Origin: a virus
Lineage: Duplodnaviria > Caudoviricetes
IMG/VR virus record: IMGVR_UViG_3300033402_000056
Location: 1-26,520 of that record
DNA length: 26,520 bases
Direction: 5' to 3' (one strand)
Shown one piece after another: positions 25,314 through 26,520 of this stretch (its first letter is position 1; every line of letters starts with the position of its first letter). The notes below the pieces were generated by a model. That model was not told the origin of the DNA. It searched no databases and saw only the letters and a list, made by a program, of their open reading frames with translations. Made by a program: the position numbers and the translations under genes.

Positions 25314-25899
25314 TAGAGAGTAATACCCTCGAAATTCGATCAATATAGACGTCTATGTCGTGATCCTCAGCATCGATGATCTCTTTTCCTCCAGGAAGCT
25401 CGATAGGATCGCAGAGATGATGCCACATCAGAGGATCTGGGACCATTGGGACGGGATCGTCATTATTTGCTATTCGCGTATGCTCCATCTCGGGGAAGGT
25501 CCCATTGAATCGTGAATAAACCCTTGGGCATCCGAAAGTGATCAGAGGAACTTTGATTTGTTCGGCAAAAAGGACAGAAAGAGCCCCTCCGAGAGAGTGG
25601 CCTGTGATAATCCAAGGTCCAGGTCTGCCGTTGAGGGCTGAGCATATGGGGTTCCATAATTTCTCAGCTGCCTTGATGAAACCTTCATGGGCGAGATAGC
25701 CGCCTTTGGTGGTACCTGGTACCAGAGTGAAATCATCAAGCCATCCCCTGATATTGGCAGTCCCTCGGAAGACAATGTATGTCGTGCCTCCCAAGACTAT
25801 AACCCCATAACGCAATTCACCAACAGTTGTGAATCTGGAGTCGGCCTCGACGTATGAAGCGCGGCAAAGCTGGGCGGCTAAGATGATATTCTGGTCCAT
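25306..25899 (-). CDS. Class 3 lipase (alpha/beta hydrolase)
   Basis: YIVFRGT, AHEGF, ITGHSLGGA (nucleophile Ser), TFGCPRV, NNDDPVPMVP (Asp) and DHDIDVY (His). Confidence 0.92.
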   Translation of the reverse strand: MDQNIILAAQLCRASYVEADSRFTTVGELRYGVIVLGGTTYIVFRGTANIRGWLDDFTLVPGTTKGGYLAHEGFIKAAEKLWNPICSALNGRPGPWIITGHSLGGALSVLFAEQIKVPLITFGCPRVYSRFNGTFPEMEHTRIANNDDPVPMVPDPLMWHHLCDPIELPGGKEIIDAEDHDIDVYIDRISRVLLSNG

Positions 25900-25902
25900 G
25901 GC

Positions 25903-26250
25903 TTACTCTTGAGTGGAAGGCAGAGCTGCGGAACCTGCCGAGCTTGCGCCGGGAACGGAAGCAGTGGACGTGTCCGACACTGGAAGAACTGCCGTCAGAT
26001 TCGTTGTCGCCGTGCTGATTTCGTCACTAATCGCCTGAAGGGTAGCCGGATCTGCTTCCGCTGCAATTGCGGCCGCGAGCTGTGTATTAAGATTCTGAAT
26101 GTCAGTGATTGCTTCCTGGACATCAGCGACGAGGGTATCAAGTTGAGCTTTGATTGAGGCTAGAGTAACTGTCATCGTTTGAATCTCCTTTTGCATGTTT
26201 ATGGCGATACCCAAGATTTTATTGAGCATCGCCATGGTTTGATTGCTCAT
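25903..26250 (-). CDS. Hypothetical coiled-coil protein (lysis-region gene)
   Basis: Heptad-rich LDTLVADVQEAITDIQNLNTQLAAAIAA and a low-complexity S/A/T tail. A second start at 26175 has an AAGGAG RBS. Confidence 0.7.
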   Translation of the reverse strand: MSNQTMAMLNKILGIAINMQKEIQTMTVTLASIKAQLDTLVADVQEAITDIQNLNTQLAAAIAAEADPATLQAISDEISTATTNLTAVLPVSDTSTASVPGASSAGSAALPSTQE

Positions 26251-26253
26251 GAT

Positions 26254-26520
26254 TCAGCCCTGCGGGCCTGGGACCAAAGCGGCCACCTTGTTGAGCTGTC
26301 CCACCGTAGCGGTAGACAGACCCAGGGACGGAGCGGCGGCGATAACACCATTAAGAATGGTGCCGGCAGAGATGACGGCGCTTGACGTAGGGTCGGTCCC
26401 TGCAGCGGTGGCCACTTCGTGCGCCTGAGACGCAGCTTCAACGGCTGCGGTAATAGTCCCTGCTGCATCGGCTCCAGCTGCTACGGCTGCCCCTGTCGGG
26501 CCAAACGCAGGCGCAATGAC
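26254..26520 (-). CDS. Partial Ala-rich hypothetical protein (5' end outside the window)
   Basis: Open frame from the window edge, VIAPAFGPTGAAVAAGADAAG...QLNKVAALVPGPQG, ending at TGA 3 nt before the next ATG. Confidence 0.65.
   Translation of the reverse strand, partial: VIAPAFGPTGAAVAAGADAAGTITAAVEAASQAHEVATAAGTDPTSSAVISAGTILNGVIAAAPSLGLSTATVGQLNKVAALVPGPQG

Larger units (their letters stand above)
1..26520 (-). mobile_element. Mu-like transposable (pro)phage, late/morphogenesis half including the probable right end
   Basis: Gene order is colinear with Mu gp25-gp49 (terminase, DUF935 portal, F, G, I/Z, T, gp36-38, L, M, chaperone, tape measure, N, P, gp45-48, fibre). Many ATGA/TAAATG coupled junctions. 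Sequence starts with TG and terminal repeats. Confidence 0.95.

Noticed and set aside
1896-26428. All plus-strand ORFs and alternative-frame minus-strand ORFs in the track (e.g. 5740-6468, 16222-16875, 21064-21675, 18432-18929, 26247-26468)
   Set aside because: They overlap well-supported minus-strand phage genes and show no recognisable motifs. They are shadow ORFs.

Overview
The window is the late (morphogenesis) half of a Mu-like transposable myophage or prophage, with every credible gene on the minus strand. In transcription order (26520 to 1) it carries: the tail of a lysis-region cluster (Ala-rich protein, coiled-coil protein, class-3 lipase, TraR/DksA zinc finger); gp25/gp26-like genes; small and large terminase; portal; F; G; protease/scaffold I/Z; cement protein; major capsid T; gp35-38; sheath; tube; a tail chaperone with a Mu-type -2 frameshift site; tape measure; N; baseplate gp44-48; a very short tail fibre; and a beta-helix tailspike. 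Bases 1-70 look like the phage right end (terminal TG/CA plus ~22-bp repeats), and no gin/com/mom genes are present. The most unusual aspect is that three genes in the virion operons encode proteins with Sec-type signal peptides: the tailspike, a 907-aa mosaic fibre inserted between gp45 and gp46, and a 140-aa protein in the head-completion region. The 907-aa fibre also shares a ~95-aa C-terminal domain (~62% identity by hand alignment) with the 134-aa baseplate-anchored mini-fibre, which suggests an exported, modular, docking-type fibre system. All family assignments come from motif recognition and synteny, not from database searches.
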